Below the pieces are notes generated by a model. It was given only the letters and a program-made list of their open reading frames with translations, did not search any database and was not told where the DNA came from. Positions 1 to 7,001 of a stretch of 40,914 nt of DNA are shown piece after piece (positions within the stretch are counted from its first letter, which is position 1; every line of letters starts with the position of its first letter). The position numbers and the translations under genes are program-made. The stretch is from a virus. Location: the IMG/VR virus record IMGVR_UViG_3300045988_066297. The stretch is one strand, 5' to 3'.

Positions 1-101
1 CCGGTTAATGGATTACCATTCGCATCGACAATAACCTTTCCCTTGAGTACATCATTAGCTGTTGCGGTTACTGGCTTTAACTTTGACTTTCCACCACCGC
101 C
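1..101. repeat. Terminal direct repeat, copy 1 (identical to 40814-40914)
   Basis: Bases 1-101 (ccggttaatggattacc...ttccaccaccgcc) recur exactly at 40814-40914. A minus-strand ORF reads in frame across the junction. Confidence 0.95.
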
Positions 102-128
102 ACCGGACTGAAATAAACACTTAGCCAT
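1..128 (-). CDS. 5' part of a wrap-around fibre/receptor-binding-like protein (continues 40813 down to 40294; 215 aa when joined)
   Basis: ATG at 128-126 is preceded by GGAGGTG (revcomp of 134-140). MAKCLFQSGGGGGKSKLKPVTATANDVLKGKVIVDANGNPLTG runs in frame through the repeat into ORF 40294-40800. Confidence 0.7.
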   Translation of the reverse strand, partial: MAKCLFQSGGGGGKSKLKPVTATANDVLKGKVIVDANGNPLT

Positions 129-141
129 AGTTTCACCTCCA

Positions 142-789
142 TCAACATCCCTTGAAAACGATAACGAGGTCCATGGTCGGCTTGTCGGTACGACACACTG
201 CCGTGATCAAGCCGTCGCCCGTCTCGCAGTACGTTACGAATCCGGTCTCCTCGGTGTACTTGCCATAGTCGAAGCCTTCCGGTACAGGGTCAGGGAAATC
301 GAACCATCGCTCTGGAGTGTCTGTCTTTGTCACGTCAAGGTCATTAATCGTCTGAGTGTATGGTGCGCTCTCACTCCAACCGGAAGCCGGAAATGTGAGT
401 CGTAATTTTCTAGCATCAGCCTTAGACGTTTCGAGCGACATGAGTTCCTGTCCGATGGTGATCGCTTCCCAATGGCCTGCCGTGAATGCCTCAGCAACAT
501 TGATATCCTGCTTTGCCTTATAAAGGTTTCCACCGCTGATGCAAATATCTCCGGTATGATAGGTGGCCTCTTCACTATACTCTGCTGCAATATTATGACT
601 GTCAAAACCGGCCGCCAGCATCTGCCACGACGCAGTCTCTTCTACTGGCGTTTTGGTTCCGTCTGTAGCTTTCTTACAAACGTAGTTGCTCGAACCGAAT
701 GCAACAAAATCAAGCGGAGTATAATTTGTTCCGATTGTAAATACTCCCTTTGGAATCAGCAGGACTCTACCTGCACTCTTTTCTGCCAT
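142..789 (-). CDS. Tail fibre / receptor-binding protein candidate
   Basis: 215-aa ORF with an AGGAGG RBS upstream, at the distal end of the late operon. The segment YHTGDICISGGNLYKAKQDINVAEAFTAGHWE resembles the Y-x-G-D...Y...W carbohydrate-binding (CBM5/12-like) segments of phage fibres. Confidence 0.5.
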   Translation of the reverse strand: MAEKSAGRVLLIPKGVFTIGTNYTPLDFVAFGSSNYVCKKATDGTKTPVEETASWQMLAAGFDSHNIAAEYSEEATYHTGDICISGGNLYKAKQDINVAEAFTAGHWEAITIGQELMSLETSKADARKLRLTFPASGWSESAPYTQTINDLDVTKTDTPERWFDFPDPVPEGFDYGKYTEETGFVTYCETGDGLITAVCRTDKPTMDLVIVFKGC

Positions 790-797
790 GTGACCTC

Positions 798-1637
798 CTA
801 AATAGTCGAGATTTCATACATTAAATCTCCGGTACTTGTATCAATATTAAAATCAACTGTCACTTTGCCTGCCGCCGATACATCCTGCGTGTACATCAGG
901 TCCCCGGTGGTGAAGTCTACGTGCAGATATGGGATAGTTAAGTTCATAAGAAAAGCTGTGTTCTCGAAACTCTCCTGTGCCTGCGCTGCGTAATACTTTG
1001 AGTTGTCAGTATCTTCACCTTCTCTTACTCCGGTGTTACCGTGCGCATAAGATTCGGATAAATTTCTAAAGTCTTTAAGCTCCTGCCGGTCGTTGTTAAA
1101 ATCGGCAATGGCAGCATTAAACGCGCTTTCCCTTGCGGCCTCGCCGCTCTCTCGATCCGTCTCAGCAGTGACACGCTTCTCCTCTGCCGCAACTCGTCCA
1201 GCTTCAGCCCTCTGATAGGATTCGTAATCTGCTTCAAAGTGCTCAAGCTCTGTCAGTTTTCCGGTATATTCCGCAGGCGTGTTGATCGCATCCTCGACGA
1301 AAAGCGCACCTGGATAGGAAGTCCACTTCACATTTCCATCTGCGTTAAGTGCTCTGATCTGAATAATTACAGATCCTGGCACCTGCAACATATTCTTTAC
1401 GATCGATAGGCACAGGTTAATATCCTTGTCTGTCGTCTCCTTCACAAGCGCTGCGGTGTCGGCCTTGTCGTTCGAGTACCGTAGATCCAGCACGAACGAA
1501 AGGTTCGCAAGGTCAACGCCGCCACTTGTCACTCTTTTCATATGGAAGATACGTGCTTCCGAGTTTGTGTCGTAGTTGGTTCCGATATTAAATTCTTCTC
1601 TAGGGATGACCATTTCCCTTCCGACAATTTCAATCAT
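798..1637 (-). CDS. Tail fibre / baseplate-type protein (BppU-like N-terminus, central coiled coil)
   Basis: 279-aa ORF. The N-terminal EEFNIGTNYDTNSEARIFHMKRVTSGGVDLANLSFVLDL...VIIQIRALNADG pattern resembles BppU_N. A charged coiled coil and the fibre-type segment DNSKYYAAQAQES follow. Confidence 0.45.
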   Translation of the reverse strand: MIEIVGREMVIPREEFNIGTNYDTNSEARIFHMKRVTSGGVDLANLSFVLDLRYSNDKADTAALVKETTDKDINLCLSIVKNMLQVPGSVIIQIRALNADGNVKWTSYPGALFVEDAINTPAEYTGKLTELEHFEADYESYQRAEAGRVAAEEKRVTAETDRESGEAARESAFNAAIADFNNDRQELKDFRNLSESYAHGNTGVREGEDTDNSKYYAAQAQESFENTAFLMNLTIPYLHVDFTTGDLMYTQDVSAAGKVTVDFNIDTSTGDLMYEISTI

Positions 1638-1700
1638 TTATTCATCCTGCAAAAGACATGGGACTCTGAATACTTTCAGAGCCCCAGAAACCATCGAATA

Positions 1701-1985
1701 CTAGCCGCCCAATTTGCCGATGCATTCATTGAGCATCTTGCGAACGTCCTCTACGCTAATAGAATCAGCCCGCTTAACGTCTTTCTGTGCACCATCGAGT
1801 ACCGTATGGATGTCTAAGCCGGCATGCTTGTATCCCATAGACTCGATTGCTTTAATGGACTTCAGTGTGTGCGTGAGCTTATCGACTACATCAAGATTAC
1901 TGTTGGACAGTTCACCTTTTTCTGCAATCTGGTCCAGCCCTTCACATACCATGCTCTCAATCTTTTCAAGAGATTCTGCCATCAT
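1701..1985 (-). CDS. Hypothetical helical protein
   Basis: 94-aa ORF whose start overlaps the upstream stop (ATGA). It fits the late operon on the coding strand. No motif recognised. Confidence 0.5.
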   Translation of the reverse strand: MMAESLEKIESMVCEGLDQIAEKGELSNSNLDVVDKLTHTLKSIKAIESMGYKHAGLDIHTVLDGAQKDVKRADSISVEDVRKMLNECIGKLGG

Positions 1986-2704
1986 GTCGTTGATCCTCCA
2001 GTCGTCGTTCCACTTCCGGTGTACGGATTAGGTACGATGTACGCCGGAACAGGTGCAGGCCGTCCAAGCTGGTTCACAATGTTATTCGCATTTGCTGCCT
2101 GTGCAGCCATGAGCTGTGAAGTCTGTGCAGTCTGCGATGCCGCAAGGTTCGCAAGATCAAGCTGAGTACGAAGCCGTGCAATGGTGTCGTTCTTCGCATC
2201 CATCTGATTCTGCTCAAGCTTGTTTAAGATTGCCTGTGTGTTCGCAGTATTCGAAGCCATCAAGTTATTCATCGCCTGATTGAGCGCTGTGCGATCCGCA
2301 CAATTCTCTGAAGCAACCGTGTACTTAATGTCTGAAATACCTGTCTGCAGCTGGTTCATGCCGCAAAGCTGTGCATACGACATATTGTTCAGCTGCTGCA
2401 TAAGGTTTGCCTGCCTGTTGCAGCCGGAAACCTCAGCCTGTGAAAAACCATTCGTTACTGCCGACTGGATGCCGTTCAGACCACCGATCAGTGCCTGCTG
2501 ATCGAATCCTCTCTGCATATCATTCGCGGTAGCCGGATTGCAAGGGCCTGCATTATTCATGCCGAAACCTCTTCCACCCCATCCCATGAAGATAAACAGA
2601 AATAAGATGATGATCCAGGATGCGGAGTCATTCCCCCATCCATAATTATTGTTTCCTGTGACAGCGGCAATGTCAGCCGGTGTCATTTCGCTTCCAAGTG
2701 CCAT
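1982..2704 (-). CDS. Membrane-anchored Q/N/A-rich protein of unknown function
   Basis: 240-aa ORF with one hydrophobic helix (SWIIILFLFIFMGW) near the N-terminus, a long Q/N/A-rich helical region with 4 Cys, and a P/G/T-rich tail. It is the first gene after late-promoter copy 4. Confidence 0.55.
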   Translation of the reverse strand: MALGSEMTPADIAAVTGNNNYGWGNDSASWIIILFLFIFMGWGGRGFGMNNAGPCNPATANDMQRGFDQQALIGGLNGIQSAVTNGFSQAEVSGCNRQANLMQQLNNMSYAQLCGMNQLQTGISDIKYTVASENCADRTALNQAMNNLMASNTANTQAILNKLEQNQMDAKNDTIARLRTQLDLANLAASQTAQTSQLMAAQAANANNIVNQLGRPAPVPAYIVPNPYTGSGTTTGGSTT

Positions 2705-2776
2705 TTTTATACCTCGCTTAAAAATAAAACAAGTTGTGATCCCTCTGGCCAGAAGGTAGTGCCCTTAACTACTATG

Positions 2777-2814
2777 AATGTATATTATCTTCAAAGATAA
2801 TAAAACCGATCTAT
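2777..2814 (-). promoter_or_regulatory. Late promoter candidate 4 (degenerate upstream element ATAGATCGGT + 22 nt + TACATT)
   Basis: Minus strand reads ATAGATCGGT (2814-2805), a 22-nt spacer, then TACATT (2782-2777). The architecture matches sites at 6914-6951, 18455-18492 and 26781-26818. The element differs from the other three by one base. Confidence 0.45.
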
Positions 2815-3023
2815 TTATGTCCGATCATGTTCATGAACTGCTGTGCCATGCTCTTCAGCTGGTTAAACTGCTGCTGTGACATCTGGCCGTTCTGCAACAT
2901 ATTCATTACAATCTGCTTTGGATTTCCATTGAAGCTGTTCTTGAACTGGTTGAACTGAGACATCATGTTTGAAAAATCACTCATCGGCGTGTTACCTGTA
3001 TTTCGATCAAACAGTGGATTCAT
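2811..3023 (-). CDS. Small Q/N/M-rich hypothetical protein
   Basis: 70-aa ORF on the coding strand, overlapping the upstream gene end. Composition is strongly biased (Q, N, M, F). Confidence 0.45.
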   Translation of the reverse strand: MNPLFDRNTGNTPMSDFSNMMSQFNQFKNSFNGNPKQIVMNMLQNGQMSQQQFNQLKSMAQQFMNMIGHK

Positions 3024-3351
3024 GGTCCTCTCCCTTCTTCAAAAGTTCATCAATATAAGACTTCATTTCTTCCTTCGTGACGTACTGTGACATATTCTCA
3101 TTTTTGGCAGGCTCTTTCCTCTCCGTAAAGTCGAACGTCCGAAGCGGCTGCGGCATTCCATTTACGTCCGTGCTCTTGATATAGAACACCGGGTTTTCTG
3201 AATCCATCAGCCATACCGTCCTTCCAGCCGGAACAATATATGCTTTTGCGCCTGCCTCCCCCTGCACCCAGATCGGTGCAGAAGCTTCCGGCTGTTGAAA
3301 GCCCTGCCCGGAATATCCTCCTGCGTATGCATAAGGATTAAAGTTCATCAT
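3007..3351 (-). CDS. Hypothetical protein
   Basis: 114-aa ORF directly downstream of the endolysin, with an AGGAGG-type RBS (revcomp of cctcctag at 3359-3366). No motif recognised. Confidence 0.5.
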   Translation of the reverse strand: MMNFNPYAYAGGYSGQGFQQPEASAPIWVQGEAGAKAYIVPAGRTVWLMDSENPVFYIKSTDVNGMPQPLRTFDFTERKEPAKNENMSQYVTKEEMKSYIDELLKKGEDHESTV

Positions 3352-3368
3352 AGTACACCTCCTAGCAG

Positions 3369-4154
3369 TTATTCAGTTAAAATGTGCTGCTTTCCGTCCT
3401 TATCGGAAACATAGAGCGCACCTGCAAGGCTTGCTCCCTTTCCTTCTTCTGGCTGGAAATAGTACCAATCATCTCCGATCTGCTGCCACCCTGTGAGCAT
3501 CTGACCTTGATTGTCGAAGTAATACCGATGCCGATTAATACTTCTCCACCCATGCGCGTTCTCGCCCTTCTTCAGGCGATAATACCAATTTGTACCGTCA
3601 TGAATCCATCTCGGGTAATGGTCCTCAGTGCATTCTGCCTTTCCGTAATTCGGATGCCCATATCCGGCAATGCCAGAATAATTACGTGAATAGGTCTTTT
3701 TCTTCACGCCTCCGCCATTTGGAACCACGCCGGAAGCGCCGGAAGTGTTTCCTTCAATCGTGATGATGGTTGACGAGGTGACACCCACCACGATACCGGT
3801 GTGGCATATGCGCTGTGAATTTTTGAAAAATACCTGGTCACCGACTGCAGGAATCATCGACAACCGGCCAACCTTCTTGTACTTGTTCGCTGATGTCGGC
3901 GTATAGTAGCTATTGAACCCTCCACAAAGAAGCTCGTTTGCCGCATTCTTTCCGAAAGCCCTCATGAAGCACCATGAAACGAATGCATCACACCAAGACT
4001 GCCCTTGCATGGATGGGTCAATATCACGCCAGTATTTTGTAAAGTTGCCGGAGCCTGCGTTCCCAGTCTTACTATCAAGATTTTGAATGCTTGCCTTCTC
4101 AAGGTATCCGAGTTCAGATTCTGCCACATTGAGAAGCTTATTAATATCATACAT
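3369..4154 (-). CDS. Endolysin: N-terminal CHAP/NlpC-P60-type peptidase + C-terminal cell-wall-binding repeats
   Basis: CHAP pattern ELGYLEK...SWCDAFVSWCF...GDQVFF...ICHTGIVVGV...IEGNTS (Cys/His/Asn-type triad). The C-terminus has WYY/GW repeats (GWRSINRHRYYFDNQGQMLTGWQQIGDDWYYF) like CW_binding_1. It overlaps the holin stop. Confidence 0.85.
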   Translation of the reverse strand: MYDINKLLNVAESELGYLEKASIQNLDSKTGNAGSGNFTKYWRDIDPSMQGQSWCDAFVSWCFMRAFGKNAANELLCGGFNSYYTPTSANKYKKVGRLSMIPAVGDQVFFKNSQRICHTGIVVGVTSSTIITIEGNTSGASGVVPNGGGVKKKTYSRNYSGIAGYGHPNYGKAECTEDHYPRWIHDGTNWYYRLKKGENAHGWRSINRHRYYFDNQGQMLTGWQQIGDDWYYFQPEEGKGASLAGALYVSDKDGKQHILTE

Positions 4155-4569
4155 CAGAGTGCATGTCCTTCTTTTTCAGTGCTTCAATGGCCTGCTTCAT
4201 AACGTCTGGATACTCCACGCCCATAAGCCCAACATTTTCCAAAATGGAAAGAATTTCATTTGCAGAGAAGCCAATCACTAAAGAATTTCGAATATACTGC
4301 GTACCAATCGTGAGGTCCATGTAATGGGCCACGAGTACAACAAGAATAATCATGCCTTTTCGGATCAGCCCTTTAAATCCAGCGCGTGACTCAAGACTTC
4401 CGTCTTTGCTCTTCGTTGATCTGTGCCAGACTGCTGCCACAAGCACGCCACTGATGTAGTCCACGCACATGGAAATGACCAAAAGCTGCATATAATAATC
4501 CCATCCGCCGAACGCGGAAACGAGGATTCCGCCAATGGCCCCAATCATTGTAATATACTTTGTACTCAT
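4147..4569 (-). CDS. Holin (Phage_holin_4_1 / TcdE-like family)
   Basis: 140 aa with several TM helices. IGAIGGILVSAFGGWD...LLVISMCVDYISGVLVA...FKGLIRKGMIILVVLVAHYMD...GFSANEILSILEN matches the toxin-secretion/phage-lysis holin pattern. It sits immediately upstream of the endolysin. Confidence 0.85.
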   Translation of the reverse strand: MSTKYITMIGAIGGILVSAFGGWDYYMQLLVISMCVDYISGVLVAAVWHRSTKSKDGSLESRAGFKGLIRKGMIILVVLVAHYMDLTIGTQYIRNSLVIGFSANEILSILENVGLMGVEYPDVMKQAIEALKKKDMHSDV

Positions 4570-4579
4570 AACAGTGCCC

Positions 4580-4900
4580 TTAAAAATTCACCACCTGTGT
4601 CTTCTGCATTCTTGCATCAAGCTCCCGTGCGTGCGAGTCCTGTGCGATCGACTGATCGATGATATCCGCGACGATTCTCGGAATCATAAGCGGCACACCA
4701 CGCGGCACAGAATACTTCACGCCATTCACGGTTACGTTTAGAGGGAACTTATACTTCTCGCCATCCTTAAAGAGCGGCGCATGCGCAACGTAGTCGTCTT
4801 TCTTTTCAACAGGAGCAGTATCCTCTGCGGTCTCCTCAACAGGAGCGATCTCCTCTGCTACTGCCTCAATCGGCTCAGCTTCATTCTTCTTCACTGCCAT
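4580..4900 (-). CDS. Hypothetical protein downstream of the capsid gene (acidic N-terminus)
   Basis: I prefer the ATG at 4900 because it has an AAGGAG RBS (the ORF-track start is 4942). The product is 106 aa. The position after the MCP suggests a head-associated role, but this is unproven. Confidence 0.45.
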   Translation of the reverse strand: MAVKKNEAEPIEAVAEEIAPVEETAEDTAPVEKKDDYVAHAPLFKDGEKYKFPLNVTVNGVKYSVPRGVPLMIPRIVADIIDQSIAQDSHARELDARMQKTQVVNF

Positions 4901-4954
4901 ATCTATCTCCTTTAATATCGCATGGGGCTTCATCGGCCCCATGCATGCTTAGAC

Positions 4955-5959
4955 TCAGGATGCCTTGTAAGAGCAAGCGGTCTCGATACGTACCATGTAG
5001 TCCTCAACCAGACGCTCTGCAGTCTTGGTCGCCTTCCAACCGATGGTCGATCTCTGATCGAGCGGATCAGCCGTACCGGCAGAACCCTTCTGCTTCACGA
5101 TGAGCTGCAGGCCGCCACCCTCGATGTTGGTCGTACCATACGCATTTGCGGCGATAATCAGGGTGGAATATACATCAAACTTCGTGCCGGAACCGCCACC
5201 GACCTTCTCGAAGATCTTCGCCTCGGTGGTCTCTACGAAACGCACACCGGCGATCTTACCGATCTCGTTGTTGTACATCTTGTCCGGGGAGGTGTACTTC
5301 TGCCACTCAACCCAGTTCGGGTCGGACATCAGGTCGTAAGAAACATCCGGGTGAATGATACCAACATAGCTGCCATCGATGGTACGTGCATTCTGACGCT
5401 TCAGCGTTCTCACGGCTGCACGAATCGCCTTGACGGTCAGTGTATCGGTCTCGAGGAGTGCCGCTCTACCGGCTCTCTCTGCCTCGTGGTACTGAACATT
5501 GGTACCGCCGTTCAGAATCTCACGGGTGACCGTATCCAGGCTTCGACCAGCCTGAGAGCCGATAAGCTGCGTCGCCTCAGTCTTTACGTTGTCGATCGAT
5601 GTCAGATCGAGCAGGTCGGTGATGATAACATAACCGCCGTACTGCTTCACCTTCGCAGTAAGTGCAGAGGTATCAAGCGCCTGGCCATCCGGTGTTACAC
5701 CCTCGACGAGTGCGTCCTGGATCTTCGCCAGCGGCATGAACTGTCTGAACTCGATCTCCTTACCGTTACCGGAAGGAATGTTTCTCTTCTGACCGAACTG
5801 ATCATGCACGAGCTCTGCTTCTGCAAGGTCAATGAGGTAATCAGAGTAATAGGTCTTGATCTCCGGTGCCAGGTTATTACCGGACGACGCGGAGGTCGTT
5901 GCGTTGATAACGTTATCAAACGCATGAAGGTTTAACTTATAAATCTTTGCTGTATGCAT
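4955..5959 (-). CDS. Major capsid protein (N4-gp56-like, HK97 fold) with N-terminal Prp cleavage motif
   Basis: 334 aa directly after the scaffold gene. NLAPEIKTYYSDYLIDLAEAELVHDQFGQKRNIPSGNGKEIEFRQF matches the N4-gp56 MCP family signature as I recall it. The N-terminus MHTAKIYKLNLHAF-D resembles the L27/80alpha Prp site. Confidence 0.85.
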   Translation of the reverse strand: MHTAKIYKLNLHAFDNVINATTSASSGNNLAPEIKTYYSDYLIDLAEAELVHDQFGQKRNIPSGNGKEIEFRQFMPLAKIQDALVEGVTPDGQALDTSALTAKVKQYGGYVIITDLLDLTSIDNVKTEATQLIGSQAGRSLDTVTREILNGGTNVQYHEAERAGRAALLETDTLTVKAIRAAVRTLKRQNARTIDGSYVGIIHPDVSYDLMSDPNWVEWQKYTSPDKMYNNEIGKIAGVRFVETTEAKIFEKVGGGSGTKFDVYSTLIIAANAYGTTNIEGGGLQLIVKQKGSAGTADPLDQRSTIGWKATKTAERLVEDYMVRIETACSYKAS

Positions 5960-5970
5960 AATGCTCCTTT

Positions 5971-6840
5971 TCAGAAGCGAACATCTCCAAACATAGAGCG
6001 CTTGGCGATCTCCGCTCTTTCCTGTTTCGAAAGTTTATGCACATCCTTTGACACCTTCGCGGCAGCCTGTGAACCGATCGCGTTCTCTCTCGGTCTCGAC
6101 CTTCTCGCTGCCATGTCCTGCACGGTCGCGCTTCGTACGGCATTGGCCGTCGTCTGCATCGCGCCGGACACGATCTCGTCTCCATGCACCGCATAGAACG
6201 CTCTCTCCATGGAAAGACCGCTCCGAAGTGCACTCTCAAAATCTGGATTACGAAGCTCTGTATCGAGATCGAAGGACGGGAACAGCGCCTTTAAGTTTGC
6301 GCTCTGCTTGTCCCACTCTGCCATCTGCCGATCAATCTGCTCGCGCCGCTCTGCCTGTTTCTGGGCCTCGCGGAACTCGCGGTTCTCTCTTTCCAGGTTG
6401 TCCCAGTTACGCTGCTCGTCGATGGTGCGCCCGTTCGCTTCTGCGCGCTCTGCGTACAGGAAATCATCATCCTTCAGCGCCTGCGTGATGGACTTGATGT
6501 CGCTGGCATCCTCGATGCCATACTTGGTGGCGAGCATCTGCATCACCTGGTCGCCGGCCTTTACCCGGCCTTCCATGGACTTATAGTCCTTGAACCGCTT
6601 GTTGAACACTTCCTGGAACTTCGTATCAAACCACTTCTTGGCTTCATCCTGGTGCCCGGAAATGAATGTCTCAAACTCTGTGCCTGTTGCTGCCGTGGCG
6701 TCCGGCTGATTACCGTCTGTGATCAGACTCGCCCCATTGCCAGCGGCGGCCTGGCCTGCATCGCCCGATGCTCCTGCTGCCCCGGAAGCGGCACCGCCGT
6801 CTCCCTCAAACGCATGGAGGTTTAACTTGAATTTCGTCAT
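5971..6840 (-). CDS. Scaffolding protein with N-terminal Prp cleavage motif
   Basis: 289 aa, highly charged and helical, with a G/A-rich N-terminal region, immediately upstream of the MCP. The N-terminus MTKFKLNLHAF-E shares KLNLHAF with the MCP. Confidence 0.7.
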   Translation of the reverse strand: MTKFKLNLHAFEGDGGAASGAAGASGDAGQAAAGNGASLITDGNQPDATAATGTEFETFISGHQDEAKKWFDTKFQEVFNKRFKDYKSMEGRVKAGDQVMQMLATKYGIEDASDIKSITQALKDDDFLYAERAEANGRTIDEQRNWDNLERENREFREAQKQAERREQIDRQMAEWDKQSANLKALFPSFDLDTELRNPDFESALRSGLSMERAFYAVHGDEIVSGAMQTTANAVRSATVQDMAARRSRPRENAIGSQAAAKVSKDVHKLSKQERAEIAKRSMFGDVRF

Positions 6841-6913
6841 AAAATAAGCTCCTTTAGCTTGCGCGGTCTATCCCGTGAGTCTTTCATCAGGCTACTACGC
6901 CTGTTCTTATTAC

Positions 6914-6951
6914 AATGTAAATGCTTTGCAAGCGAAAACAAACCGACCTAT
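6914..6951 (-). promoter_or_regulatory. Late promoter candidate 3 (ATAGGTCGGT + 22 nt + TACATT), upstream of scaffold/MCP
   Basis: Minus strand reads ATAGGTCGGT (6951-6942), 22 nt, then TACATT (6919-6914). It lies directly after the terminator at 6952-6981. Confidence 0.55.
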
Positions 6952-6981
6952 GAAAAAGGAGCCCCCGTCGCCGGGAACTCC
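6952..6981 (-). terminator. Rho-independent terminator after the giant gene
   Basis: Minus-strand RNA GGAGUUCCCG-GCGA-CGGGGGCUCC forms a 10-bp stem (two G.U pairs) with a GNRA-type loop, followed by UUUUUC. Confidence 0.7.
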
Positions 6982-7001
6982 TCATTTCATCGATATTCGC
7001 T

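Noticed and set aside
142-1637. Diversity-generating retroelement targeting the fibre genes
   Set aside because: No reverse transcriptase ORF is present anywhere in the genome, and I could find no template/variable repeat pair.
4921-4943. Hairpin CATGGGGC-ttcatcg-GCCCCATG after the capsid gene as a terminator
   Set aside because: It is a good 8-bp stem, but no U-tract follows on the coding strand. At most it is an RNA stability or processing element, so I did not call it as a terminator.
4922-5935. 337-aa plus-strand ORF
   Set aside because: It is exactly antisense to the well-supported major capsid gene. It is R/L/G/C-rich with no RBS. This is a typical shadow ORF.
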